Source: Fidelibacterota bacterium (GTDB taxonomy: Bacteria; Fidelibacterota; Marinisomatia; Marinisomatales; UBA8229). Taken from it: a stretch of DNA of 49,764 nt. A model generated the notes under the pieces. It was not told the origin of the DNA, did no database searches, and saw only the letters and a list, made by a program, of their open reading frames with translations. Shown here piece by piece: positions 36,182 to 46,069 of this stretch; the stretch's first letter is position 1, and the number at the start of each line of letters is the position of its first letter. The position numbers and the translations under genes are program-made. The stretch lies in NCBI GenBank assembly GCA_012964235.1, contig DTUJ01000081.1:1-49764 (forward strand), read 5' to 3'.

Positions 36182-37246
36182 ATGTTCATGTTCAACGTTA
36201 AAACAAATGAAAAAGTTCACTGGATAGGCCAGACCCGTAGTGAAATGAGGGAACATGTTGCAAAACTGGGACAACCACATTTCCGGGCAGATCAAATTTA
36301 CAACTGGATTTATTCCGGGAAAATTAAATCATTTCAATCCATGGAAAATATTCCCAAATCCTTCCGCACAATTCTGGACAAAATATCGGGGCTTCATCCT
36401 CTCTCTTTGGTTAAAATAACCGGTCGGGATTCCTCCCTTACCAAGAAATTTCTCTTCAGGCTATCCACCGATGAGATGATTGAATCCGTTTTAATGCAGG
36501 AAGGAAACCGAACAACTGCCTGCTTGTCTTCCCAGGTGGGGTGTGCGATGGATTGTGATTTCTGTGCTACAGCGAAAATGGGATTCCAAAAAAATCTCTC
36601 TGTTGGGGAAATTGTAGATCAATTTCTCTTTTTGCAGCAAGAATCTGAAAAAAAAATTACCAATGTTGTATTTATGGGAATGGGAGAACCTTTCCTGAAT
36701 TATGCCAGGGTGATAAAAGCTGCTGACCTGTTAAATGAACCAGGTGGAATTGATTTGGGCGCACGCAGGATTACAATTTCGACTGTGGGGATTATTCCAA
36801 AAATAAAGCAGTTTACCAAAGAGGGCCATCGTTATAAATTAGCTATCAGCTTGAATGGGACAACCCAGAATCAACGATTACAAACAATGCCTGCGGCAAA
36901 AAAATATCCCATTCATATGCTGATAGATGCGGCAAAAAACTACTATGAAACAGCAAAACGGTTTCCCACTTTCGAATATGTTCTGATGAGCAATCTTAAT
37001 GATAGAACTGCTGATGCAGAGAATCTCATTAAACTGATTGGAAATCTCCCTTGTAAAGTGAATCTAATTCCCTACAATGAAATTGGAGGGAATTATAAGC
37101 GTCCATCACATGACCGGGTAACACGTTTCATCAAGGCACTGAAAAATGTACCGTTTACCGTGACTGTTCGTTGGAGTAATGGTACTGAAATTGATGCTGG
37201 TTGCGGCCAATTAGCTGTGAATGCAGGAGGTGGTGTCCAATCATAA
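36182..37246 (+). CDS. rlmN: 23S rRNA / tRNA adenine-C2 methyltransferase RlmN (radical SAM)
   Basis: 354 aa with the CAMDCDFC radical-SAM cluster motif, GMGEP and the C-terminal catalytic Cys region DAGCGQL. Confidence 0.9.
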   Translation: MFMFNVKTNEKVHWIGQTRSEMREHVAKLGQPHFRADQIYNWIYSGKIKSFQSMENIPKSFRTILDKISGLHPLSLVKITGRDSSLTKKFLFRLSTDEMIESVLMQEGNRTTACLSSQVGCAMDCDFCATAKMGFQKNLSVGEIVDQFLFLQQESEKKITNVVFMGMGEPFLNYARVIKAADLLNEPGGIDLGARRITISTVGIIPKIKQFTKEGHRYKLAISLNGTTQNQRLQTMPAAKKYPIHMLIDAAKNYYETAKRFPTFEYVLMSNLNDRTADAENLIKLIGNLPCKVNLIPYNEIGGNYKRPSHDRVTRFIKALKNVPFTVTVRWSNGTEIDAGCGQLAVNAGGGVQS

Positions 37247-37263
37247 ACAAAAAACTCATATCA

Positions 37264-38043
37264 ATGGCTGAGGCTATCCATTCGTATTCAGGATTTCAAG
37301 GGAAGAAAGCAGTAATCTTAGGCTCAGGACTTGGTAGTTTACCAGATCAATTCGAAAACAAAACCATTATTCCTTACGAAAAAGTTCCTGGATATCCCAA
37401 GCCCTCTGTGAAGGGACACTCTGGAGAATTTGTAGTTGGCACACTGAACGGTGAAGAAATTCTGGCAGCAAAAGGAAGGTTCCATTATTACGAAGGGTTT
37501 GACTTCCCAGAAATTACATTGCCTATCCGTTTATTGCATGAGCTCGGCATTGCATTTGTTATAATCACAAATTCCGCTGGTTCATTACGTAAGAACTACC
37601 ATCCTGGAACATTGATGGCTATGAATGGTCATATCGACTGCACATTTATTGAAGGACCTGAATTACCAACAATAAATAAAAAACCACGTTTTTATAATTC
37701 TGAAATATTAGCATTAGCAAAAAAATGCTCTCTTAAAACCGGTGTTCAAATAAAAGAGGGAGTTTATTGCTGGACATTAGGGCCAGCTTACGAAACGCCG
37801 GATGAAGTTAAGTTCATACAAAACCTCGGTGGAGATGCAGTAGGAATGAGCACGGTACCTGAAATACAAATGGCAGGAGAGCTTGGAATAAGTTCATTGG
37901 GAATTTCCTGTTTAACAAATTTCGCCGCAGGAATTACAAAAAATCCTTTATCCCATGATGAAGTGATAGAGACCGCTGATAAAGTAAAAAATCAATTTTC
38001 AAAACTAGTCACAAAAATTTTGATTGAAGCAGACACAAATTAA
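37264..38043 (+). CDS. punA: purine nucleoside phosphorylase (trimeric PNP-I type)
   Basis: GRFHYYEG, NSAGS, GPAYETPDE and GMSTVPE are present. The start is set at ATG 37264 (MAEAIHSY); the upstream extension overlaps rlmN. Confidence 0.85.
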   Translation: MAEAIHSYSGFQGKKAVILGSGLGSLPDQFENKTIIPYEKVPGYPKPSVKGHSGEFVVGTLNGEEILAAKGRFHYYEGFDFPEITLPIRLLHELGIAFVIITNSAGSLRKNYHPGTLMAMNGHIDCTFIEGPELPTINKKPRFYNSEILALAKKCSLKTGVQIKEGVYCWTLGPAYETPDEVKFIQNLGGDAVGMSTVPEIQMAGELGISSLGISCLTNFAAGITKNPLSHDEVIETADKVKNQFSKLVTKILIEADTN

Positions 38044-38140
38044 AATCTATTTGTGAAGAAAGATTGTATAATTCAAAAAAAATGAATGATATTCACTCCC
38101 ATATGAGAGGAGATTTAAAAAGGATTTAAGCAAATTTACT

Positions 38141-39340
38141 ATGACAAAAAAGCACCAGAAAAATGATTTAATAGTTAATGTAAGACCAGAAATCTTTGAG
38201 ATTCAGGATACCATAATTGAAACCCGGAGAGACATTCATAAATATCCGGAATTGGGTTTTGAAGTACACCGTACAGCTGGAATTGTTTCAGACCGTTTGA
38301 ATTCATTTGGAATTGACGTCCAAACCGGAATAGGGAAAACCGGAGTTGTCGGGACTCTTCAGGGAGAAAAAGACGGTGCCACAATTGCGTTGCGTGCAGA
38401 TATGGATGCACTGCCAATCCAGGAAACAAGTGACATCCCATACAAGTCGGTTCACGATGGGGTTATGCATGCCTGTGGACACGATGGTCATACAGCCATG
38501 CTTTTAGGGGCAGCAGAAATTATTTCAAAATTTCAGGATACTCTCAACGGTACTGTAAAATTTATTTTCCAACCGGCTGAAGAAGGAGAAGGAGGCGCCC
38601 GTTTTATGATTGAAGATGGATGCTTGGATGGAGTTGATGAGATCTACGGAATTCATGTTTGGAGTTATCAAAAATACGGAACAATCGGTGTTAAAAAAGG
38701 CCCAATTTTAGCTGCAGCAGATGCATTTACAATAACAATTGTGGGAAAAGGTGGGCATGGAGCAGCTCCTCAGGGAACAGTTGATGCCATTGTAGTTGCT
38801 TCCCATCTTGTGACAGCCCTGCAAACCATCGTAAGCAGGAATACAAATCCTCTGGAAAGCACAGCGCTTACTGTGGGGAAAATATCAGGAGGATACAACT
38901 TCAACATCATCGCTGATACGGTTGAGCTCAAAGGTACTGCCCGTGCCTATACTGAAGAAAACAGGCAAATGATCAAGAAACGATTAAATGAAATAATTAA
39001 AGGAGTAGGAAGTACGTATGGTGCAAAAATTGAAATGGATTATTGGGATGGATATCCACCTACTGTAAATCATAAAGTACCGGTGGAAAAATTAGTTAGA
39101 TCTGCAAGAAAAATTGTTGGAGAAGGAGTAGGATTCCCATATTTATCTATGGGTGGAGAAGATTTCAGCTATTACGCGCAGAAAATTCCCGGCTGTTTTT
39201 TCTTTGTAGGATCAACCCATCCGGACCAAAAACCAATGAGCGTGCCTCACCATTGTTCACATTTTAATATTGATGAACGGGCGCTTCTTGTTGGTTCAAG
39301 CATTTATGTGCAATTAATTGAGGATTTATTAATAAAATAA
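38141..39340 (+). CDS. M20D family amidohydrolase (N-acyl-amino-acid / hippurate hydrolase type)
   Basis: 399 aa with HKYPELGFEVHRT, MHACGHDGHTAML and FQPAEEG metal-binding motifs. Confidence 0.85.
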   Translation: MTKKHQKNDLIVNVRPEIFEIQDTIIETRRDIHKYPELGFEVHRTAGIVSDRLNSFGIDVQTGIGKTGVVGTLQGEKDGATIALRADMDALPIQETSDIPYKSVHDGVMHACGHDGHTAMLLGAAEIISKFQDTLNGTVKFIFQPAEEGEGGARFMIEDGCLDGVDEIYGIHVWSYQKYGTIGVKKGPILAAADAFTITIVGKGGHGAAPQGTVDAIVVASHLVTALQTIVSRNTNPLESTALTVGKISGGYNFNIIADTVELKGTARAYTEENRQMIKKRLNEIIKGVGSTYGAKIEMDYWDGYPPTVNHKVPVEKLVRSARKIVGEGVGFPYLSMGGEDFSYYAQKIPGCFFFVGSTHPDQKPMSVPHHCSHFNIDERALLVGSSIYVQLIEDLLIK

Positions 39341-39342
39341 AT

Positions 39343-41043
39343 TTAATATCCTTCCGTTGCGTTTTCACCGCGGGGATCAGCGCCACCGTAAAACCCCTTC
39401 TCCCCTATCATTATTCCATTGGCCTGCCCAATAGTGCTCCAGCGATAAGGCCGGATGGTGTGACCACGATTGATTAGATTCTGTTCTACATCTTTGGATA
39501 AGCTTCTTTCCTCCACAATAATTGCATCAGGGAACCACTGTGAATGGATTCGTGGGACAGAAACCGCCTCCTGAATATCCATCCCGTGAATTGCAACATT
39601 TAGAATAATTTGCATGACTGTAGTGATGATGGTAGACCCACCGGGAGTGCCAATGATCAAAAAAGGCTCACCGTTCTTTAAAACAATTGTTGGAGTCATG
39701 GAGCTCAATGGCCGTTTGTAAGGCTGAATAGCATTGGCTTCGTTTCCAATGAGCCCGAAGATATTTGGTATCCCGGGTTTTGCTGAAAAATCATCCATTT
39801 CATTGTTCAAAAAGAATCCAGCACCCTCTACCAATACCCCACAGCCAAAGCCAGTATTCAATGTGGTGGAGACACTCACTGCATTTCCATTTTTGTCAAT
39901 AACGGAATAATGGGTTGTCTCTCGGCTTTCATAAGCTAAAGGATCGCCTGCTTTTACAACCGAACTTTTTGTCGCTTTTTCCATGGAAATATTCTGAATT
40001 CTCTCGAAAGCGTATTCTTTTGAAACCAGCATTGATACCGGCACTTCCCAGAAATCCGGGTCACCCATGTGTTCAGCACGATCCGCATAGGCCCTGCGTT
40101 CAATTTCCGTGAGAAGGTGAATATAATCGGATGAATTCCAGCCTAAAGTGTCCAAGGGATACTGTTCTAACATGTTGAGCATTTGGATCAGGAGAACCCC
40201 ACCGGAACTTGGAGGGCTCATGGAAATAATATCTAAATCCTTGAAATTTCCGGTAATAACAGTGCGATAAACTGAATGATAATTATCCAAATCATCTTTT
40301 GTAATGAAACCATTGCCTTCGGCCATTTCTCTTTCAATCAATTGAGCAGTTTTCCCCTCATAAAATCCGGCGCGCCCTTTCCTGGAAATCAGCTTCAAAG
40401 TCCTGGCTAAATCTCTCTGGACTAACTTATCTCCCGCTCTCCATGGTTCACCGTTCTTTTTAATAAAAACAGCTTTTGCTCCGTCGTCATTTATAAAAAA
40501 GTCATAGAATATATTCAAAACTTGGGCAAACCCATATGAGATGGGAAAACCCCGCTCTGCCAATTGAATGGCAGGAAGCAGCAATTGACGCAGGGAAATA
40601 TTCCCCGAACCATGATCTCTCCAGATTTTCAATAATCCATCTACTGATCCCGGTGTGCCTGCTGCCAGGTGGGAATAAAGAGAAAGGCCGGGAACCACAT
40701 TGCTGGAATCATCCAGATACATATCACGGTGTGCCATACTTGGTGCCATCTCACGAAAATCCAGGCTGAATGATTCTCCGTAGGCCATGTGAGCTACTAA
40801 AAAACCTCCTCCGCCAATATTTCCGGCCTGGGGATGTGTTACCGCCAACGCAAACCCAGTGGCCACCGCTGCATCTATTGCATTACCGCCTTTTTTTAAT
40901 ATGTTAACTCCAGCCTCTGATGCTAATCTGCTAGAAGACACCACCATTCCATTTTTTGCATATTCCGGTTTTGCCTGGGAATATTGAATGAGACACAGAA
41001 AAACAATTGCCCGAAATATATTTTTGCATTCTATCTTCTTCAT
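39343..41043 (-). CDS. ggt: gamma-glutamyltransferase
   Basis: 566 aa with a signal peptide, the autoprocessing/nucleophile site ETTHYSVID and the GGGGF and TPGGS motifs. Confidence 0.9.
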   Translation of the reverse strand: MKKIECKNIFRAIVFLCLIQYSQAKPEYAKNGMVVSSSRLASEAGVNILKKGGNAIDAAVATGFALAVTHPQAGNIGGGGFLVAHMAYGESFSLDFREMAPSMAHRDMYLDDSSNVVPGLSLYSHLAAGTPGSVDGLLKIWRDHGSGNISLRQLLLPAIQLAERGFPISYGFAQVLNIFYDFFINDDGAKAVFIKKNGEPWRAGDKLVQRDLARTLKLISRKGRAGFYEGKTAQLIEREMAEGNGFITKDDLDNYHSVYRTVITGNFKDLDIISMSPPSSGGVLLIQMLNMLEQYPLDTLGWNSSDYIHLLTEIERRAYADRAEHMGDPDFWEVPVSMLVSKEYAFERIQNISMEKATKSSVVKAGDPLAYESRETTHYSVIDKNGNAVSVSTTLNTGFGCGVLVEGAGFFLNNEMDDFSAKPGIPNIFGLIGNEANAIQPYKRPLSSMTPTIVLKNGEPFLIIGTPGGSTIITTVMQIILNVAIHGMDIQEAVSVPRIHSQWFPDAIIVEERSLSKDVEQNLINRGHTIRPYRWSTIGQANGIMIGEKGFYGGADPRGENATEGY

Positions 41044-41246
41044 TTCAGTCCTGATTCATAATGATAAACTCAATAGATATAATCCAAAGACAAAGCAAAC
41101 TAAATCCGCATAGATAACAACATGTCTTTTTATTATCACTCTTTTTATCTTTTATATTAACTCTTATTTTATTTTTAACAGGAAGGAATCAAATAAAAGT
41201 TGGACAATGGCTCACTTCAGATACGGATGGCAATGAATAGTCTGGT

Positions 41247-41588
41247 CTACTGCATACCGCCAATTTTGCAGCAATCAGGAAGATTTTCGTAAACTATAGG
41301 ATCCGCCTCTGTATTATTGGCTTGATAACCAAGAGCAGAAACCGCTTTTTCTATGGCAGCTAACTCAATAACCGATGCTTTGTAAGTTACATGGCCAACT
41401 TTTGTATTTAAATCAATGTCAAACTTACTGATACCGTCAACTTTGGCCATCCCCGATTCAATGGTTTTTTTACACATACCACATTGAACGGTACTCAGTG
41501 TCACGTCAGCGTGTTTTTCTCCTTCACTGCTGCAGGCCATAATTCCAAATAATAGCCCACATAAAGCGAATATGTTTACTTTCTTCAT
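41247..41588 (-). CDS. heavy-metal-associated (HMA) domain lipoprotein
   Basis: 113 aa with a lipobox (LFGIMAC), an HMA ferredoxin-like fold carrying CGMC (a GMxCxxC-type site), an extra C-terminal CC plus Met, and a strong SD (AAGGAG). Confidence 0.75.
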   Translation of the reverse strand: MKKVNIFALCGLLFGIMACSSEGEKHADVTLSTVQCGMCKKTIESGMAKVDGISKFDIDLNTKVGHVTYKASVIELAAIEKAVSALGYQANNTEADPIVYENLPDCCKIGGMQ

Positions 41589-41691
41589 TTTACACTCCTT
41601 CGTTAAATAGAAATATTCGAAGAATTTTATTTAACCAATTTTTCCTGTTACTCAATGACAACTACCGTACCATCCGTCCCTGGCACATTTT

Positions 41692-42921
41692 TTAATTTGG
41701 GAATAAAGTTTCACCTTCACTTTTAGCAATTATCGCAGCTCCAATGCTATCGCTGGTTATATTGACCATAGTTCTAAACATATCCAAAGGGCGGTCCACT
41801 GCCAGCATTGTTCCCACAATAACAGCAACATCAGGATGATCGCCAAGCCCAACGGAATCTAATACCACAAAGATCATCACCAATCCTGCGGATGGAATGG
41901 CTGCTGCACCTACGGATGCTAAAAAGGCTGTCAATACAATGACAAATTGTTGTGCAATGTTCAAGTCGAAACCGATTGCCTGGGAAATAAATAACACGCC
42001 AGCGCACTCGTATAAGGCGGTGCCATCCATATTGATGGTTGCACCCAAAGGCAGAACAAAACTGGTTGTTTTATTCGAAACTCCCACTCCATTTTCAACA
42101 CAATCCATTGTAACAGGAAGAGTCGCTCCGGATGAACTGGTAGAAAATGCCGTCATGAATGCAGGAGCCATGGCTTTTAAATGCTTGATTGGATTGATGC
42201 GCGTAAAAAGATAGAAAATGACCGGCAGTGTAATCACCCAGTGGATCAGCAAGCCTGTTACAATTGTGATCATATACATCCCCACAGCTTTGAATAATTC
42301 AAAACCGGAAGTGGCCACTACTTTGGTAATTAAACCAAAGACACCAATGGGTAATAAAGCAATAATGCCATGGGTGAGTTTCATCATGGCTTGAAAGCCA
42401 TAATCGAAAAAATGTGTCAGCATTTCCTGGGGTCTTCCAGATAACCGGGTGATTGCGAAGCCAAAAACGATGGACCAAAAAATCACACCTAACATGTCGC
42501 CGTCAGCCATGGCTGCAATCGGATTCAATGGAATCATGCGAATGATAATTTCTCCAAGAGATGATGGCTTTTGCAAAGAACTTGGATCAAAAGACTGGCC
42601 TGAACTTGCATATTCGAGACCAACCCCTGGTTGAATGATATTGGTCAAAATTAATCCAACAAGAATTGCAAAAATGGACGTCGCAAAATAGTATACAAAT
42701 GTTTTGGCGCCTATTCTTCCTAATGTACGGCTGTCACCCAGACTGGCAACACCACTGGTGATAGAAAACAGAATTAATGGAACAATGATCATTTTTAATA
42801 AACGCATGAATATTGTTCCCAGCGGTGCAACAAATAACGAATTTTCACCGAATACAAGTGCAAATATGGTCCCCAGGGCCATAGCAATGAGAACTTGCCA
42901 GTGAAGTTTTAGTTTAAACAC
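41692..42921 (-). CDS. dicarboxylate/amino acid:cation symporter (DAACS / SLC1 family)
   Basis: 409 aa with FSTSSSGATLP (HP1-type serine-rich loop), NMDGTALY and the RTMVNITSD motif. Confidence 0.9.
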   Translation of the reverse strand: MFKLKLHWQVLIAMALGTIFALVFGENSLFVAPLGTIFMRLLKMIIVPLILFSITSGVASLGDSRTLGRIGAKTFVYYFATSIFAILVGLILTNIIQPGVGLEYASSGQSFDPSSLQKPSSLGEIIIRMIPLNPIAAMADGDMLGVIFWSIVFGFAITRLSGRPQEMLTHFFDYGFQAMMKLTHGIIALLPIGVFGLITKVVATSGFELFKAVGMYMITIVTGLLIHWVITLPVIFYLFTRINPIKHLKAMAPAFMTAFSTSSSGATLPVTMDCVENGVGVSNKTTSFVLPLGATINMDGTALYECAGVLFISQAIGFDLNIAQQFVIVLTAFLASVGAAAIPSAGLVMIFVVLDSVGLGDHPDVAVIVGTMLAVDRPLDMFRTMVNITSDSIGAAIIAKSEGETLFPN

Positions 42922-43116
42922 GAATATTCTTTATTTAGAGTAATATATTGGTTAAAGGTACTGCAAATTGTGGAAATAAAAAAAGCCCGAAAGAAATCAG
43001 ATCACACAGTAATCAAGCATCTGATATCACTTCCTGATTACAAAAACAATCAATGACTTAGGGACTGCTGCCATTAGCAAGGTATTGCTAATACACATAT
43101 AAGAACGGAAATTTTT

Positions 43117-43225
43117 GGTGTCTATGGCGATTGAGCACACCTCTTACCATTCCGAATAGAGAAGTTAAGCGAACTTGCACAGATGGTACTGCCCTTTTGA
43201 GAGTGAGAGAATATGTGGATGCCAC
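43117..43225 (+). rRNA. rrf: 5S rRNA-like gene, orphan and short (about 109 nt)
   Basis: The sequence is GGTGTCTATGGCG...CCATTCCGAATAGAGAAGTTAAGCGAAC...GATGGTACTG...GAGAGTGAGAG...ATGTGGATGCCAC followed by T7. The loop C (CCGAA) and loop E (GATGGTA / GAGAGT) signatures are conserved. Helix I can be drawn with 10 bp, 5 of them G-U. The helix IV / loop D segment is about 9 nt shorter than in E. coli 5S. No 23S or 16S gene is adjacent. Confidence 0.65.
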
Positions 43226-43240
43226 TTTTTTTACCTAAAT

Positions 43241-44170
43241 TTAAAATGTTATGTTGTCGAGATTGACATTTCCACCAGAGAGTATAACCCCAATATTTTT
43301 GGAGTTCAGATCCGCACTTTTATTGATGAGTGCCGCGAAGGCAACTGCTGAGGAGGGTTCAATGACAATCTTTAAGCGAGACCAGATCAATTTAAGCGCA
43401 GATAAAATTTGATCCTCGGTTACCAAAACAATTTCTTCAATCCCATTTCGAATAATTGGAAAGTTAATATCACCTAATTGGGTTTTTAACCCATCTGCTA
43501 TGGTATCTGTAGTTTCATTGGTTTCAATTCTGCCAGATTTTAAAGATCTAAAAGCATCATCTACATTTTCTGGTTCACCACCATATATTTTACAATTAGG
43601 TGATCTTTGCTGTACAGCTAAAATTGTTCCAGCAACTAATCCACCACCGCCAACTGGTGTGAAAATGGCGTCTAGGTTTGAATATTTTTCTAACAACTCA
43701 AAAGCCGCTGTACCCTGCCCCTTAATAACATCTAAATCATTAGAGGGATGAATGAAAGTAGCACCATTTTCTATCGATATTCGCTCAGCATTAGTTTCTC
43801 TATCTTTCAAAGTTGGTGGACAAATAATAACCTCTCCTCCATATCCCTTGACAGCATCAATCTTCACTTGTGGAGCAGATGATGGCATCACAATATATGC
43901 TTTTAAACCTAATTTATTTGCAGCAAGAGAAAGAGCCTGAGCAAAATTTCCTGAAGAGTGAGTTACAACACCCTTAGCCTTTTGTTCTTCTGACAAGTTA
44001 AGAATGGCGTTCGTTGCTCCTCTCATCTTAAATGCGCCCATTTTCTGAAAATTTTCACATTTAAAAAATATATTGCAACCGACAATCTCATTTAAAAGAG
44101 TAGAAGTCAAAATCGGGGTTTCATGAATGTATGGCTTGATTTTTTTTGCTACATTTTTGATTGTTTTCAT
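43241..44170 (-). CDS. PLP-dependent threonine/serine dehydratase-family enzyme (serine racemase / hydroxyaspartate ammonia-lyase-like)
   Basis: 309 aa with the PLP lysine motif ENFQKMGAFKMRGA, HSSGNFAQAL and the GGGGL glycine loop. Confidence 0.8.
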   Translation of the reverse strand: MKTIKNVAKKIKPYIHETPILTSTLLNEIVGCNIFFKCENFQKMGAFKMRGATNAILNLSEEQKAKGVVTHSSGNFAQALSLAANKLGLKAYIVMPSSAPQVKIDAVKGYGGEVIICPPTLKDRETNAERISIENGATFIHPSNDLDVIKGQGTAAFELLEKYSNLDAIFTPVGGGGLVAGTILAVQQRSPNCKIYGGEPENVDDAFRSLKSGRIETNETTDTIADGLKTQLGDINFPIIRNGIEEIVLVTEDQILSALKLIWSRLKIVIEPSSAVAFAALINKSADLNSKNIGVILSGGNVNLDNITF

Positions 44171-44292
44171 AATAGTCTAGAATTTGAAATATGAAAATAC
44201 AAAAAACAGGCCTGACAATTGATAATACATTTTAGATGTTTAAATTAATAATTACCAACCATTGAAATTCTAAAAACGTTTATAATATAGAG

Positions 44293-44643
44293 ATGGGAAC
44301 AAAAGAAACCCCTGAACTCAAAGAAGTTGTCGACGTCATTGTGCTTTGTGGGCAATGTGGACAGATAAAAGGATCCGGTGTCTGTTGTGTAAAAGACGCT
44401 AAAGTGTGTGGGTATGGCACCCATTCTGGTTCGTCCGCCTGCTGCAAAATAAGCCTAACGGGAGAAGATGCGGTCTTGTGTAATCATTGCGGTCAGGTGA
44501 AAGGGAGTGGTGACGTTTGTTGTGTCGATGGAGCTGAAAAGTGTCCCAAATGCAAGAAAGTGCTAGATTCTCCAGGCTGCTGCGTGATTCTTGTTGAGGC
44601 TCCAGATGACTCAGAAACAACCGACGAAGTGACCCCCAGATGA
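44293..44643 (+). CDS. cysteine-rich tandem-repeat small protein (15 Cys / 116 aa), function unknown
   Basis: It contains two homologous modules. The first is VLCGQCGQIKGSGVCCVKDAKVCGYGTHSGSSACCK. The second is VLCNHCGQVKGSGDVCCVDGAEKCPKCKKVLDSPGCCV. There is no signal peptide and the tail is acidic. It is the only plus-strand gene in a minus-strand neighbourhood, and a perfect TATAAT (44281-44286) ends 6 nt before the ATG. Confidence 0.6.
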   Translation: MGTKETPELKEVVDVIVLCGQCGQIKGSGVCCVKDAKVCGYGTHSGSSACCKISLTGEDAVLCNHCGQVKGSGDVCCVDGAEKCPKCKKVLDSPGCCVILVEAPDDSETTDEVTPR

Positions 44644-44661
44644 TAAATAGACATTTTTTAA

Positions 44662-45936
44662 TTAATACGCCTGTAACCATTTAATAATCCGTTCAATGGC
44701 TTCAATAAGGTCAGCACAGACCGGCATGATATCATCGATTGTCATTGTTTTATCAGTGGGAATTTTCCTGCTGATTTTCAGTGCTTTTGTTCCATCAAAA
44801 TTGATATAGGCTAAACGGGCATTCAGTTCAGTTGCATCACGTCCAAATTCTGAACCGGGTAAAAGAGATACACCAGTATCCTGTAATAATTGTTCACAAA
44901 GTGTAGGTGAATTCGTTATACCCCTTTCAGTTAATTTTTCTCTGAAGTTTTCGAAATCTGGAAATAAATAAAACGCACCCGATGGAGCACGAACTCGAAC
45001 CCCGGCTTTAGCTAAACTATTCGCACAGTAAGACCCCACTATTGATAGTAGACGACGGGAGTGAATTAAATATTCGTCAACAGTTTTATAATCAGTATAA
45101 GCCTGAACGGCTGCATATTGAATGGGAGTGCTCACACAGGAAAATGTTTCGCTTGAAATAGAAGCTATGACGTTTTTCAGTCCATACAGTTCTCTTGGAA
45201 ACGCAAAATGTCCCAAACGCCATCCACCAGCTCCGCACCATTTGGATAATCCGGAACTGACGATAGTCCCTTCAGGATAATACCTGGCAATTGATATATG
45301 ATCTCCTTGGTGATGCAGTCGACCATATATTTCGTCAGATAGAATTAGAACATCATTCTCCCTGCACACAGCAGCTAGAGCAGATAATTCTTCGGGGGTG
45401 TATGTTCCGCCATCAGGGTTACCTGGATAATTTAGAATTAACATGTGAGGACTTTCAATAAAGCGGATTGTAGACTCAAGCTGATCAGGAAGCAGTCTCC
45501 AGTTGTTTTCATATTGAGTTTGAATATAATGAATTTCTCGATGGACGATTTGTCCTTGGGGTCCATAGGAAACCCAGCAAGGGGAAGGTATTAATGTTGA
45601 CCCTTCCATTGCCAATTGTAAGGTGAACACCAATTCCTTAGAGCCTGGGCCAATCATGATGCCTTCTGGTTCAAAATCTGTTTTGTCTGTTTTTTGATGG
45701 AATTCAGCTACAGCCTGGCGTAGATCATACAATCCTTCTACGGGTAAATAATCTTTTCGATAGGCATTTCCCTCCAGGGTAGAAACGATGGAATCCGGAA
45801 CAGGAAAGGGTGATTGACCAAAACCAAAACGGAATATTGTTTTCCCAGCAGTTTCTAATTCTCCACAGTATTTGTTGATCGCCACCGTAGCAGACTGTTT
45901 CAGGTTTTGTAAGTGAGGATGGATTTTGTGGGGCAT
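44662..45936 (-). CDS. class I/II PLP-dependent aminotransferase
   Basis: 424 aa with NPGNPDG, SDEIY and the PLP lysine motif SGLSKWCGAGGWRLG. Confidence 0.85.
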   Translation of the reverse strand: MPHKIHPHLQNLKQSATVAINKYCGELETAGKTIFRFGFGQSPFPVPDSIVSTLEGNAYRKDYLPVEGLYDLRQAVAEFHQKTDKTDFEPEGIMIGPGSKELVFTLQLAMEGSTLIPSPCWVSYGPQGQIVHREIHYIQTQYENNWRLLPDQLESTIRFIESPHMLILNYPGNPDGGTYTPEELSALAAVCRENDVLILSDEIYGRLHHQGDHISIARYYPEGTIVSSGLSKWCGAGGWRLGHFAFPRELYGLKNVIASISSETFSCVSTPIQYAAVQAYTDYKTVDEYLIHSRRLLSIVGSYCANSLAKAGVRVRAPSGAFYLFPDFENFREKLTERGITNSPTLCEQLLQDTGVSLLPGSEFGRDATELNARLAYINFDGTKALKISRKIPTDKTMTIDDIMPVCADLIEAIERIIKWLQAY

Positions 45937-46069
45937 AAATGGACAGTAAACTTAAGAAGTTTCCTTTCTGGATTAAATAAAAAAAGGTTCAACTGTACGG
46001 CCAATATTAGAATATTAACTGTAAACCCGTGCTGTGATAATATCAAAAAACTAGCGGAGGATGACTCCT

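Noticed and set aside
41044-41246. 203-nt AT-rich spacer between the HMA lipoprotein gene and ggt, checked for a small RNA or mini-ORF
   Set aside because: I found only very short ORFs (6-12 codons) without an RBS. There is no conserved RNA motif or stable hairpin I could identify, so it is most simply the ggt promoter region.
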